Origin: Candidatus Hydrogenedens sp.
Lineage (GTDB): Bacteria > Hydrogenedentota > Hydrogenedentia > Hydrogenedentales > Hydrogenedentaceae
DNA length: 64,000 nucleotides
Assembly (NCBI GenBank): GCA_049968235.1
Contig: JBMFRC010000012.1
Coordinates: forward strand, 33,366-97,365
Direction of reading: 5' to 3'
Part shown: positions 7,978 to 16,246 of the stretch, piece after piece
How positions within the stretch are numbered: the stretch's first letter is position 1
Layout: each line of letters begins with the position of its first letter
The notes under the pieces: model-generated
What the model was told of the DNA's origin: nothing
Databases searched by the model: none
The model's input: only the letters and a program-made list of their open reading frames with translations
Position numbers and translations under genes: made by a program

Positions 7978-10900
7978 ATGAGTCCATTTCGAAGTCATGT
8001 ATTAATCTGTGCAGGTGCAGGATGCGTGGCATCAGGTTCGATGGAAGTAAGTTCCGCCTTTTCGGAGGCACTTGCCAAACATGGGCTAAATGAAGAAATT
8101 CAAGTAGTCCATACAGGATGTTTAGGACCCTGTGCTATTGGTCCCGTGGTCGTGATTTATCCAGATGCTATTTTTTATCAAGGTGTTAAAACAACAGATG
8201 TTGAAGATATTGTTGTTGAGCATCTGTTAAAAGGTCGGCCTGTTAGTCGCTTGAATTTCAAATCTACTACCACATCACAAATTATTCCTGCACTGCAGGA
8301 GATTGGTTTTTTCAAGCAACAGACAAAGATAGTTTTAAGGAACTGTGGTATTATAGACCCTACAAAAATTGAGGAGTATATTGCGAGAGATGGGTATCAG
8401 GCTTTAGCAAAAGTACTGACAAAAATGACTCCACAGCAGGTAGTAGAAGAAGTGAAAAAATCTGGACTTCGGGGAAGAGGTGGTGCAGGATTCCCAACAG
8501 GTATAAAGTGGGAGTTAACTCAAAAAGCCCACGGAGATAAGAAATATGTTCTTTGTAATGCTGATGAAGGTGACCCGGGCGCATTTATGGACAGAAGTGT
8601 TTTGGAAGGTGACCCCCATAGTGTTATTGAAGCTATGATTATAGCAGGATATGCCATTGGTTCTGACCAGGGATATATTTATGTTCGAGCAGAATATCCT
8701 TTAGCGGTAGAGAGATTAAATATAGCGATAAAGCAAGCCAGAGAATATGGTTTGTTAGGTAAGAATATTATGGGAACGAATTTTAATTTCGACCTTGAAA
8801 TACGAATGGGTTCAGGTGCTTTTGTGTGTGGAGAAGAAACCGCATTGATGCGTTCTATCGAAGGGAAACGCGGAGAACCCAGACCCCGTCCACCGTTCCC
8901 TGCATATAAAGGTTTATGGGAAAAACCCAGTTTATTAAATAATGTAGAAACCTATGCAAACATCCCTGTAATTATATTAAAAGGTGCTGATTGGTTTGCT
9001 TCCATAGGAACAGGTAAAAGTAAAGGAACAAAAGTGTTTGCCTTAGCAGGTGCTGTAAACAACACAGGATTGGTCGAAATTCCGATTGGTACACCATTAG
9101 GTGAAATTATTTATGATATTGGCGGTGGAATTCCGCGAGGCAAACAATTTAAGGCAGCGCAAATTGGAGGTCCTTCCGGCGGTTGTATTCCAAAACAACA
9201 TCTGAATGTGCCGGTAGATTACGAGTCATTACAGGAATTAGGAGCGATTATGGGTTCCGGTGGATTAATTGTTATGGATGAAGACACATGTATGGTCGAT
9301 ATGGCTCGTTTCTTCCTTGACTTTGTTCAGGATGAGTCATGTGGAAAATGTGTCCCATGCCGGGTCGGAACGAAAAGAATGTTGGAAATTGTGACAAGGA
9401 TTTGTGAGGGTCGGGGAGAAGAAGGCGATATTGAAAAACTTATTGAATTAGGACAACAGATTAAAGATGCATCGTTATGTGGATTAGGGCAGACAGCTCC
9501 AAACCCTGTTCTTTCTGCAATACGGCACTTCCGTGATGAATTTGAAATTCATATTCGTGAACATAAATGTCCGGCGGGTGTCTGTCCATCTCTTGTTCGT
9601 GCTCCTTGTATGAGTGCTTGCCCGGCAAATGTTTACATTCCGGGTTTTGTCTCATTAATATCTGAAAAACGATATGCGGAAGCACTTCGTGTGCATCGTG
9701 ACCAGAACCCCTTTGCATCTGTATGTGCCCGTGTGTGTTTCCATACTTGTGAGGACAAATGTAGAAGAGCTACTCTGGATGAAGCGGTATCCATACGCGG
9801 ATTGAAGCGATTTATGGTAGAGCAAGAAGTTACAATACAACTACCTGAAATTCGTGAAAATGAACAAAATCTTCGCAAAAAGGTGGCTATTATAGGAGCA
9901 GGTCCTGCAGGTCTAACCTGTGCTTATTTCCTTGCACGATTAGGCTATCAACCCCGTGTTTTTGAATCTGCACCCAGGCCCGGCGGTATGTTAGTTCAAA
10001 CAATTCCCGCTTATCGGTTACCCCGAGAAGAATTGGCTCGAGAAATTCGTATGATAGAAAGAATGGGCGTTGTCATAGAAACTGAAAAAGCCTTAGGTCG
10101 TGATTTTACATTACAAAGCCTTCGTGATGATGGATATGAGGCTATTTTTCTCGGAATAGGTGCTCCATCAGGTCAAAAATTGAGAATTCCAGGCGAAGAT
10201 GCGGATGGCGTTGTCGAAGCCATAGACTTCCTTCGTGAATACAATCTCCGTGGTTCTGTTCCTGTAGGGAAAAATGTTGTTATTATAGGAGGTGGTAATG
10301 CAGCTATTGATGCGGCAAGAACTGCCATTCGTTTAGGAGCAAAAAAAGCAACGATTCTTTACCGCAGAACAAGAGAAGAGATGCCTGCGTATAAAGAAGA
10401 GATCGAAGAAGCAGTTAATGAAGGTGTTATTTTAAAAATGTTAGTAACTCCACTGGAGATTTTGACAGAAAACGGAAAAGTTGTTGGTGTAAAATGTCAA
10501 CACATGTGGTTAGGAGAATATGACCGTTCCGGTAGAAGAAGACCTGAAGCCAAAAAGGGTGAAGAACCCTTTGTTGAAGAAGCAGACCAGGTTATTGCAG
10601 CAATAGGGCAAACTGTTGATTTAAAACGTTACCTGGATGGATTAAATGTTAAGTTAACACCTTCTGGTTTCTTGTGGGTAGACCAATTATATGGTCAGAC
10701 CTCTATTGAATGGTTATTTGCAGGTGGTGATATTAGTTCAGGTCCTTCTTCCGTAGCAGAAGCAATCGGTGCTGGTGAAAGAGCTGCAGTTGGAATTGAT
10801 AAGTATCTTACTGGAGAAGAACATGCTTTCTGGCGCGAACCCTATATGGTAGATACAGAATTTGACCCAGATTCCGACCCGGTAGATTTCCCAAGAGCAA

Positions 10901-11049
10901 AAATGAAACTTTTACCTGTTGAAAAGAGGGTACACAACTTTAATGAAGTTGAAATCCCGTTTACGGAAACATTAGCGGTAAGAGAGGCACGCCGTTGCTT
11001 ACGTTGTGATTATCGTGAAACAAAAATAAGTTTAAATACACAACAATAA
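7978..11049 (+). CDS. hndC: Fusion flavoprotein: HndC/HydB (NuoF-like, FMN/NADH, Fe-S) + GltD/NfnB-like FAD/NAD(P)H oxidoreductase domain
   Basis: The N-terminal Trx-like 2Fe-2S domain is CAGAGC...CLGPC. The NuoF blocks are GLRGRGGAGFPTGIKW, CNADEGDPGAF and 4Fe-4S CGKCVPCRVG. From about residue 540 come the GltD-like Fe-S region (CPAGVCP...CMSACP), FAD site VAIIGAGPAGLTCAY and NAD(P)H site VVIIGGGNAAIDAA. I chose the start at MSPFRSH (7978) because it has a GGAAAGGAG RBS. Confidence 0.8.
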   Translation: MSPFRSHVLICAGAGCVASGSMEVSSAFSEALAKHGLNEEIQVVHTGCLGPCAIGPVVVIYPDAIFYQGVKTTDVEDIVVEHLLKGRPVSRLNFKSTTTSQIIPALQEIGFFKQQTKIVLRNCGIIDPTKIEEYIARDGYQALAKVLTKMTPQQVVEEVKKSGLRGRGGAGFPTGIKWELTQKAHGDKKYVLCNADEGDPGAFMDRSVLEGDPHSVIEAMIIAGYAIGSDQGYIYVRAEYPLAVERLNIAIKQAREYGLLGKNIMGTNFNFDLEIRMGSGAFVCGEETALMRSIEGKRGEPRPRPPFPAYKGLWEKPSLLNNVETYANIPVIILKGADWFASIGTGKSKGTKVFALAGAVNNTGLVEIPIGTPLGEIIYDIGGGIPRGKQFKAAQIGGPSGGCIPKQHLNVPVDYESLQELGAIMGSGGLIVMDEDTCMVDMARFFLDFVQDESCGKCVPCRVGTKRMLEIVTRICEGRGEEGDIEKLIELGQQIKDASLCGLGQTAPNPVLSAIRHFRDEFEIHIREHKCPAGVCPSLVRAPCMSACPANVYIPGFVSLISEKRYAEALRVHRDQNPFASVCARVCFHTCEDKCRRATLDEAVSIRGLKRFMVEQEVTIQLPEIRENEQNLRKKVAIIGAGPAGLTCAYFLARLGYQPRVFESAPRPGGMLVQTIPAYRLPREELAREIRMIERMGVVIETEKALGRDFTLQSLRDDGYEAIFLGIGAPSGQKLRIPGEDADGVVEAIDFLREYNLRGSVPVGKNVVIIGGGNAAIDAARTAIRLGAKKATILYRRTREEMPAYKEEIEEAVNEGVILKMLVTPLEILTENGKVVGVKCQHMWLGEYDRSGRRRPEAKKGEEPFVEEADQVIAAIGQTVDLKRYLDGLNVKLTPSGFLWVDQLYGQTSIEWLFAGGDISSGPSSVAEAIGAGERAAVGIDKYLTGEEHAFWREPYMVDTEFDPDSDPVDFPRAKMKLLPVEKRVHNFNEVEIPFTETLAVREARRCLRCDYRETKISLNTQQ

Positions 11050-11066
11050 TAAAAGGAGAATAAGCC

Positions 11067-12839
11067 ATGCCAAAATTAACTATAGATGGAATTCCCGTAG
11101 AAGTTCCGGAAGGAACAACAATACTTCAAGCGGCAAAGCAAATAGGATTAAAAATACCGACACTTTGTTATCTTGAAGAAGTTCAAGCCATCGGTGCCTG
11201 TCGTGTTTGCGTTGTTGAAGTTGAAGGAGCACGAACTTTGGTCGCTTCTTGTGTTGCTCCTGTTGCGGAAGGAATGAAAGTCCATACAAATTCAAAAAGA
11301 GCCCGTGAGGCACGAAAAACAGTTGTAGAATTGTTACTATCCGACCATGATGGCGATTGCCAGATTTGTGTTCGAAATGAAGATTGTGAACTTCAGGAAT
11401 TGGCACGAACACTTGGGATAAAGGAAATTCGCTATCAAGGTGAGAAGAGAAAACGGATTGTGGATGAAAGCACTCCCGCTGTTGTTCGTGATACATCGAA
11501 ATGTGTCTTATGTAGAAGATGTATAACGGTTTGCAATGAGGTTCAGGGTGTTGGCGGACTGTTCCCACAAAATCGTGGCTTTGAAACGGTAATAGGTCCC
11601 GCATTTTGTAGTGATTTGGATGATGTCGTATGTGTTCAGTGTGGTCAATGTAGTGCGGTTTGTCCTGTGGGTGCTATTGTAGAAAGAGACCAGATTGCGG
11701 ATGTCTTTTCTGCATTAGATGACCCGACAAAAACAGTCGTTGTCCAGACAGCCCCTGCAATTCGTGCCGCATTGGGAGAATGTTTTGGTTTACCACCCGG
11801 AACTTTAGTAACAGGGAAGATGGTTACCGCACTTCGTAGACTGGGTTTCCATGCCGTTTTTGATACTAACTTTGCCGCTGACCTTTGTATTATGGAAGAA
11901 GGTACAGAACTGCTAACTCGATTGAAGAAAAAACTGGTAGATGGGGAGAATATTGCTCTTCCTATGTTTACCAGTTGTTCTCCGGGGTGGATTAAGTTTT
12001 TAGAACATTTCTACCCGGATATGATTCCAAATGTATCTACATGCAAATCCCCACAGCAAATGTTTGGTGCTATAGCAAAGACCTATTATTCCAAGAAAAT
12101 TGGTAAGAAACCCGAAGATATTGTTGTTGTTTCTATTATGCCCTGTACAGCGAAGAAATATGAACATCAGCGTCCCGAGATGAACAGTTCCGGTGTTCGT
12201 GATGTGGACTATGTGCTTACAACGCGTGAATTGGGTCGGATGATAAAACAGGCAGGCATTGATTTTGTAAATCTACCCGATGACAAGCAAGACTCACCAT
12301 TAGGACTATCCTCTGGTGCTGCGGATATTTTTGCGAATACCGGGGGTGTTATGGAAGCGGCAATTCGAACTGTTTATGAAATAGTAACAGGACGCGAATT
12401 ACCATTCGATGGACTTCATGTTGCTCCTATCGAAGGATTAGAAGGAATCAAGGAAGCCTCCTTGAAGATAGAAAAATGTGTGCCTGAATGGTCTTTCTTA
12501 GAAGGGGCTACCGTAAATGTTGCTGTGGCTCATGGATTGGGTAATGCCAGAGCATTAATAGAGCGAGTTCGCTCAGGTGAAAAGGCGTATCACTTTATAG
12601 AAATTATGACCTGTCCCGGTGGATGTATTGGTGGAGGAGGACAACCTCGCTTTACAGATAATTCAGTTCGTCTTGCTCGTATTCAGGCCATATACAAAGA
12701 GGATGAAGGGAAACAACTTCGTAAGTCCCATGTAAATCCTGACATACAAAAATTGTATAAGGAATTTTTAGGACATCCGAATAGTGAAGTTTCACATCAT
12801 CTATTACATACGCATTACAATCCGAGAACAAAAGTATAA
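11067..12839 (+). CDS. hydA: [FeFe]-hydrogenase catalytic subunit (HydA/HndD) with N-terminal 2Fe-2S and 4Fe-4S ferredoxin domains; non-canonical L1 motif TSCSPGW
   Basis: The N-terminal plant-type 2Fe-2S is CYLEE...CRVC, and the 4Fe-4S Fd motifs are CVLCRRCITVC and CVQCGQCSAVCP. For the H-cluster, L2 is MPCTAKKYE and L3 is EIMTCPGGCIGGGGQP, both canonical. L1 reads FTSCSPGW where TSCCPxW is expected. Confidence 0.9.
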   Translation: MPKLTIDGIPVEVPEGTTILQAAKQIGLKIPTLCYLEEVQAIGACRVCVVEVEGARTLVASCVAPVAEGMKVHTNSKRAREARKTVVELLLSDHDGDCQICVRNEDCELQELARTLGIKEIRYQGEKRKRIVDESTPAVVRDTSKCVLCRRCITVCNEVQGVGGLFPQNRGFETVIGPAFCSDLDDVVCVQCGQCSAVCPVGAIVERDQIADVFSALDDPTKTVVVQTAPAIRAALGECFGLPPGTLVTGKMVTALRRLGFHAVFDTNFAADLCIMEEGTELLTRLKKKLVDGENIALPMFTSCSPGWIKFLEHFYPDMIPNVSTCKSPQQMFGAIAKTYYSKKIGKKPEDIVVVSIMPCTAKKYEHQRPEMNSSGVRDVDYVLTTRELGRMIKQAGIDFVNLPDDKQDSPLGLSSGAADIFANTGGVMEAAIRTVYEIVTGRELPFDGLHVAPIEGLEGIKEASLKIEKCVPEWSFLEGATVNVAVAHGLGNARALIERVRSGEKAYHFIEIMTCPGGCIGGGGQPRFTDNSVRLARIQAIYKEDEGKQLRKSHVNPDIQKLYKEFLGHPNSEVSHHLLHTHYNPRTKV

Positions 12840-12858
12840 GATAAGATTTAATAATAAA

Positions 12859-12882
12859 GGGGAGTGTGAGTGAGCACTCCCC
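12859..12882 (+). terminator. GC-rich hairpin after hydA (possible weak terminator/attenuator)
   Basis: GGGGAGTG-tgagtgag-CACTCCCC forms an 8-bp stem 20 nt after the hydA stop codon, but no U-tract follows it. Confidence 0.25.
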
Positions 12883-12964
12883 ATACAATCCTATGAAGTT
12901 GTATAATAGGAATATAGGTAGGAGTAAGTAGGTTTATGAGTGTCTAATATTTAGGAAAGAAAAA

Positions 12965-13360
12965 ATGGAAAATAAAATTATAATGGTCGTTGATGATGAT
13001 ATTGATGTTCAGGATTTCTGTAAAATTGTATTAGGAAGAGAGGATTATCAGGTTATAACATTTTCCAACTCAGAGAGTGCACTCGAATATTTATCGTCGA
13101 ACACTCCCTCTGTAATTATTACCGATTTAATGATGGGTGGAATTGATGAGGGTGTCCAATTTGTTAATAAGATTAGAGGATTCGATAATGAGAAGGCAAA
13201 AATTCCAATTATAATGATTACAGGCATAAATTCAAAATTAGGATATGACATCACTCCCCGTTCCGATGAAGAAAAAAAACAAATGAAAATCGATGAATTT
13301 ATATCAAAACCTTTAAATCCAAAACAGTTAATAACAGCACTAAAAAAAGTAATCAAATAG
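12965..13360 (+). CDS. Single-domain response regulator (CheY-like receiver only)
   Basis: 131 aa with acidic pocket VVDDD, a phospho-acceptor in SVIITDLMMGG and a conserved K in FISKP. There is no output domain. Confidence 0.75.
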   Translation: MENKIIMVVDDDIDVQDFCKIVLGREDYQVITFSNSESALEYLSSNTPSVIITDLMMGGIDEGVQFVNKIRGFDNEKAKIPIIMITGINSKLGYDITPRSDEEKKQMKIDEFISKPLNPKQLITALKKVIK

Positions 13361-13412
13361 AAATTTGTTTCGTATAGATACTGTTTAATTTATAAATATA
13401 AGGAAATGAGTT

Positions 13413-14810
13413 ATGAGTTCAAATGTAGAAACTGTTCCTATTAATGAGGAATTTATTTTTGATACTTTAAAAAATAGTGTCAAGAAAGATGCGGTTTACA
13501 TCAAAGAAATTCTTGCAAAAGCCCTTGAATTAAAGGGATTAGATGCGACAGAAGTAGCCACGCTTGCAACAATAAGTGACCCTGACCTGTTAAAAGAACT
13601 TTTCGATACAGCCCGAAAAGTCAAAGAGGAGATTTACGGTAAACGATTAGTTCTTTTTGCCCCACTTTATGTATCAAATCTTTGCAAGAATGAATGCTTA
13701 TATTGTGCTTTCCGTAAAAGTAACAAGATGGTTCGTAGAAAAGCATTGACACAAGAAGAAGTCCGTAGAGAGGTTGAAACATTGGTTGACCAGGGGCATA
13801 AACGCATTCTATTAGTGGCAGGCGAGTCCTATCCTTCCGAAGGATTTGATTATGTTATTCATTGTATCGAAACAATATATAGTGTAAAGCGGGATAGGGG
13901 AGAGATACGACGCGTAAATGTGAATATAGCACCCTTATCGTTAGAGGAATTTAAAAGGCTGAAATCAGCAAAAATTGGGACATATCAGTTATTTCAAGAA
14001 ACATACCACAGAGAAACATACCAAAAAGTCCATGTAGGTGGACTTAAAAAGGATTTTGACTGGAGAATTACCGCTATGGACCGTGCTATGAAAGCTGGCA
14101 TTGATGATGTGGGTGTTGGCGTTCTTTTTGGCTTATTTGATTGGAGATTTGAAATACTTGCTTTAATGCAACATATTAAACATTTAGAAGATACCTTCGG
14201 TGTAGGATGTCACACGATAAGTGTACCTCGCCTTGAACCTGCTATAGGTTCAGACCTGGCTTCACATCCCCCTTATCCGGTATCAGACCTTGATTTCAGA
14301 AAAATTGTAGCTATACTAAGACTTGCTGTGCCCTATACAGGAATAATAATGTCCACTCGTGAAACTCCCAATATACGAAGAGAAACCTTTGCACTGGGTG
14401 TATCACAAATATCAGCAGGCAGTAGAACGAATCCAGGTGGGTATACAGGCAGTGAAGAAGAGGATATGAGCCAATTCTCATTAGGTGACCATCGCAGTCT
14501 GGATGAGGTTATTCGTGATGTTACAAAATTAGGTTATATCCCATCCTTCTGCACGGCTTGTTATCGTTTAGGCAGAACAGGTGCTGACTTTATGGACCTT
14601 GCCAAGCCGGGTCTTATCAAGAACCATTGTGAAGTTAATGCTTTAAGCACTTTTGCTGAATATCTGGAAGATTATGCATCCTCCGAAACAAAACAAATAG
14701 GTTGGGCAAAGATTGAGGAAATTTTAAATACAATGCCTGAAGTTCGGAAAAAACGTACCGAAGGGATGTTGGCTCGTGTAAAAGCCGGTGAACGGGATGT
14801 ATATGTGTAA
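13413..14810 (+). CDS. hydG: [FeFe]-hydrogenase maturase HydG (radical SAM tyrosine lyase)
   Basis: The radical SAM motif is CKNECLYCAF. The C-terminal auxiliary-cluster motif CTACYR...(22)...HC (Cx2Cx22C) separates HydG from ThiH. A length of about 465 aa fits. Confidence 0.9.
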   Translation: MSSNVETVPINEEFIFDTLKNSVKKDAVYIKEILAKALELKGLDATEVATLATISDPDLLKELFDTARKVKEEIYGKRLVLFAPLYVSNLCKNECLYCAFRKSNKMVRRKALTQEEVRREVETLVDQGHKRILLVAGESYPSEGFDYVIHCIETIYSVKRDRGEIRRVNVNIAPLSLEEFKRLKSAKIGTYQLFQETYHRETYQKVHVGGLKKDFDWRITAMDRAMKAGIDDVGVGVLFGLFDWRFEILALMQHIKHLEDTFGVGCHTISVPRLEPAIGSDLASHPPYPVSDLDFRKIVAILRLAVPYTGIIMSTRETPNIRRETFALGVSQISAGSRTNPGGYTGSEEEDMSQFSLGDHRSLDEVIRDVTKLGYIPSFCTACYRLGRTGADFMDLAKPGLIKNHCEVNALSTFAEYLEDYASSETKQIGWAKIEEILNTMPEVRKKRTEGMLARVKAGERDVYV

Positions 14811-14815
14811 ATCTT

Positions 14816-16237
14816 ATGTCAGACTACCGAATTGAAACCGACTTATTGGGTGAAAAAAAGATACCTGCGGATGTCTATTGGGGTATACATACTGCTCGTG
14901 CAGTAGAAAATTTTCCTGTTTCCCGACTCTCGGTTCATTCAGAATTAATCCAATCTTATGGAATTGTAAAACTTGCATGTGCAAAAATAAATTATTCGTT
15001 AGGATACTTATTACATCCTCCTGATAAATCATCTGCCATATTTAACGCTTGCGAAGAAGTAGCAATTGGTAAATGGAATGACCATATTATCGTGGATGCT
15101 CTACAGGGTGGAGCAGGAACCAGCACAAATATGAATATTAATGAGGTTATTGCCAACCGTGCCCTAGAAATATTGGGCTTACCACGGGCAAAATATGACA
15201 TTATTTCCCCATTAGATGATATAAATCTTCACCAATCGACTAACGATACTTATCCTACCGCCCTGAAACTTGCTACGATAAGGATGTTAAGAAAATTAGA
15301 ATCAGAAATTATTCTTCTTTTAGAGACATTTCAAACACTTGAAAAACAATTTTCGGACATAGTAAAAATTGGAAGGACAGAACTTCAAGATGCAACGCCT
15401 ATTACATTAGGTAGGGAGATGGGTGCTTATGCAGATGCCCTAGTAAGAGACCGTTGGCGTATCTATAAGTGTGAAGAAAGATTGCGAGTAGTTAATTTAG
15501 GAGGCACCGCAATAGGAACAGGTTTAGGAGCACCAAGGGATTATATTTTCCGTGTTGTAGATAATCTGCGAGAGTTATCAAATATCGGTTTTTCGCGAGC
15601 AGAAAATTTAGTAGATGCAACTCAAAATCTCGATGTATTTGGGGAAGTATCAGGTATCATTCGTTCCTATGCCATAACGCTTAATAAAATAGCCAATGAT
15701 TTGAGACTAATGTCATCCGGACCCGAAGCAGGTCTCCGTGAAATTCAACTTCCACAATTACAAGCGGGTTCATCTATTATGCCAGGGAAAGTGAACCCTG
15801 TTTTGCCTGAAGCGGTATGCCAGGTTGCAATGCTAACATTTGGATTCGACCAGATTATCACATATGGCTGTTCTTCCGGAAACCTTGAACTAAATCCTTT
15901 TGTCCCTTTGATTGCTCATTGTTTGTTAAATATGATTGAAATGTTAACAAATGTAACAAAATTATTTACGGAAAAATGTATTAAAGGAATTTCGCCGAAC
16001 CGAGAGGTTTGTGTTTCCTATGTGAATAATTCTACAGCAACTCTAACCGCACTTATACAGAAGATAGGATATGAAAAAGCATGTATGATTGCTAAAAAAA
16101 CAAGTAATTTGAAAAAGAGTATTCGAGAAATTGTATTGGAAGAAGGAGTTTTGACTCCTGAAGAATTTGATACTCTTTTAAGTCCTGAGTCCGTTTGTAA
16201 ATTAGGATTTGTTGACACCAGTAATGAGATAGATTAG
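14816..16237 (+). CDS. aspA: Aspartate ammonia-lyase (aspartase/fumarase class II family) homolog embedded in hyd maturase cluster
   Basis: RIETDLLGEKKIPADVYWGIHTARAVENF, QGGAGTSTNMNINEVIAN and the signature GSSIMPGKVNP match aspartase closely and are closer to AspA than to FumC. Confidence 0.8.
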   Translation: MSDYRIETDLLGEKKIPADVYWGIHTARAVENFPVSRLSVHSELIQSYGIVKLACAKINYSLGYLLHPPDKSSAIFNACEEVAIGKWNDHIIVDALQGGAGTSTNMNINEVIANRALEILGLPRAKYDIISPLDDINLHQSTNDTYPTALKLATIRMLRKLESEIILLLETFQTLEKQFSDIVKIGRTELQDATPITLGREMGAYADALVRDRWRIYKCEERLRVVNLGGTAIGTGLGAPRDYIFRVVDNLRELSNIGFSRAENLVDATQNLDVFGEVSGIIRSYAITLNKIANDLRLMSSGPEAGLREIQLPQLQAGSSIMPGKVNPVLPEAVCQVAMLTFGFDQIITYGCSSGNLELNPFVPLIAHCLLNMIEMLTNVTKLFTEKCIKGISPNREVCVSYVNNSTATLTALIQKIGYEKACMIAKKTSNLKKSIREIVLEEGVLTPEEFDTLLSPESVCKLGFVDTSNEID

Positions 16238-16246
16238 GAAGGAAAT

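Noticed and set aside
7893-8093. 66-aa ORF overlapping the hndC start
   Set aside because: It is out of frame with the strongly supported NuoF-like CDS, whose RBS-backed start lies at 7978. The product is Lys-rich low-complexity sequence.
11080-11604. 174-aa minus-strand ORF
   Set aside because: It is antisense to the N-terminal ferredoxin domains of hydA, and the His/Leu-rich composition is typical of shadow frames.
12859-12882. Hairpin after hydA as a firm intrinsic terminator
   Set aside because: It has a good 8-bp GC stem but no downstream U-tract, so I kept it only as a low-confidence feature.
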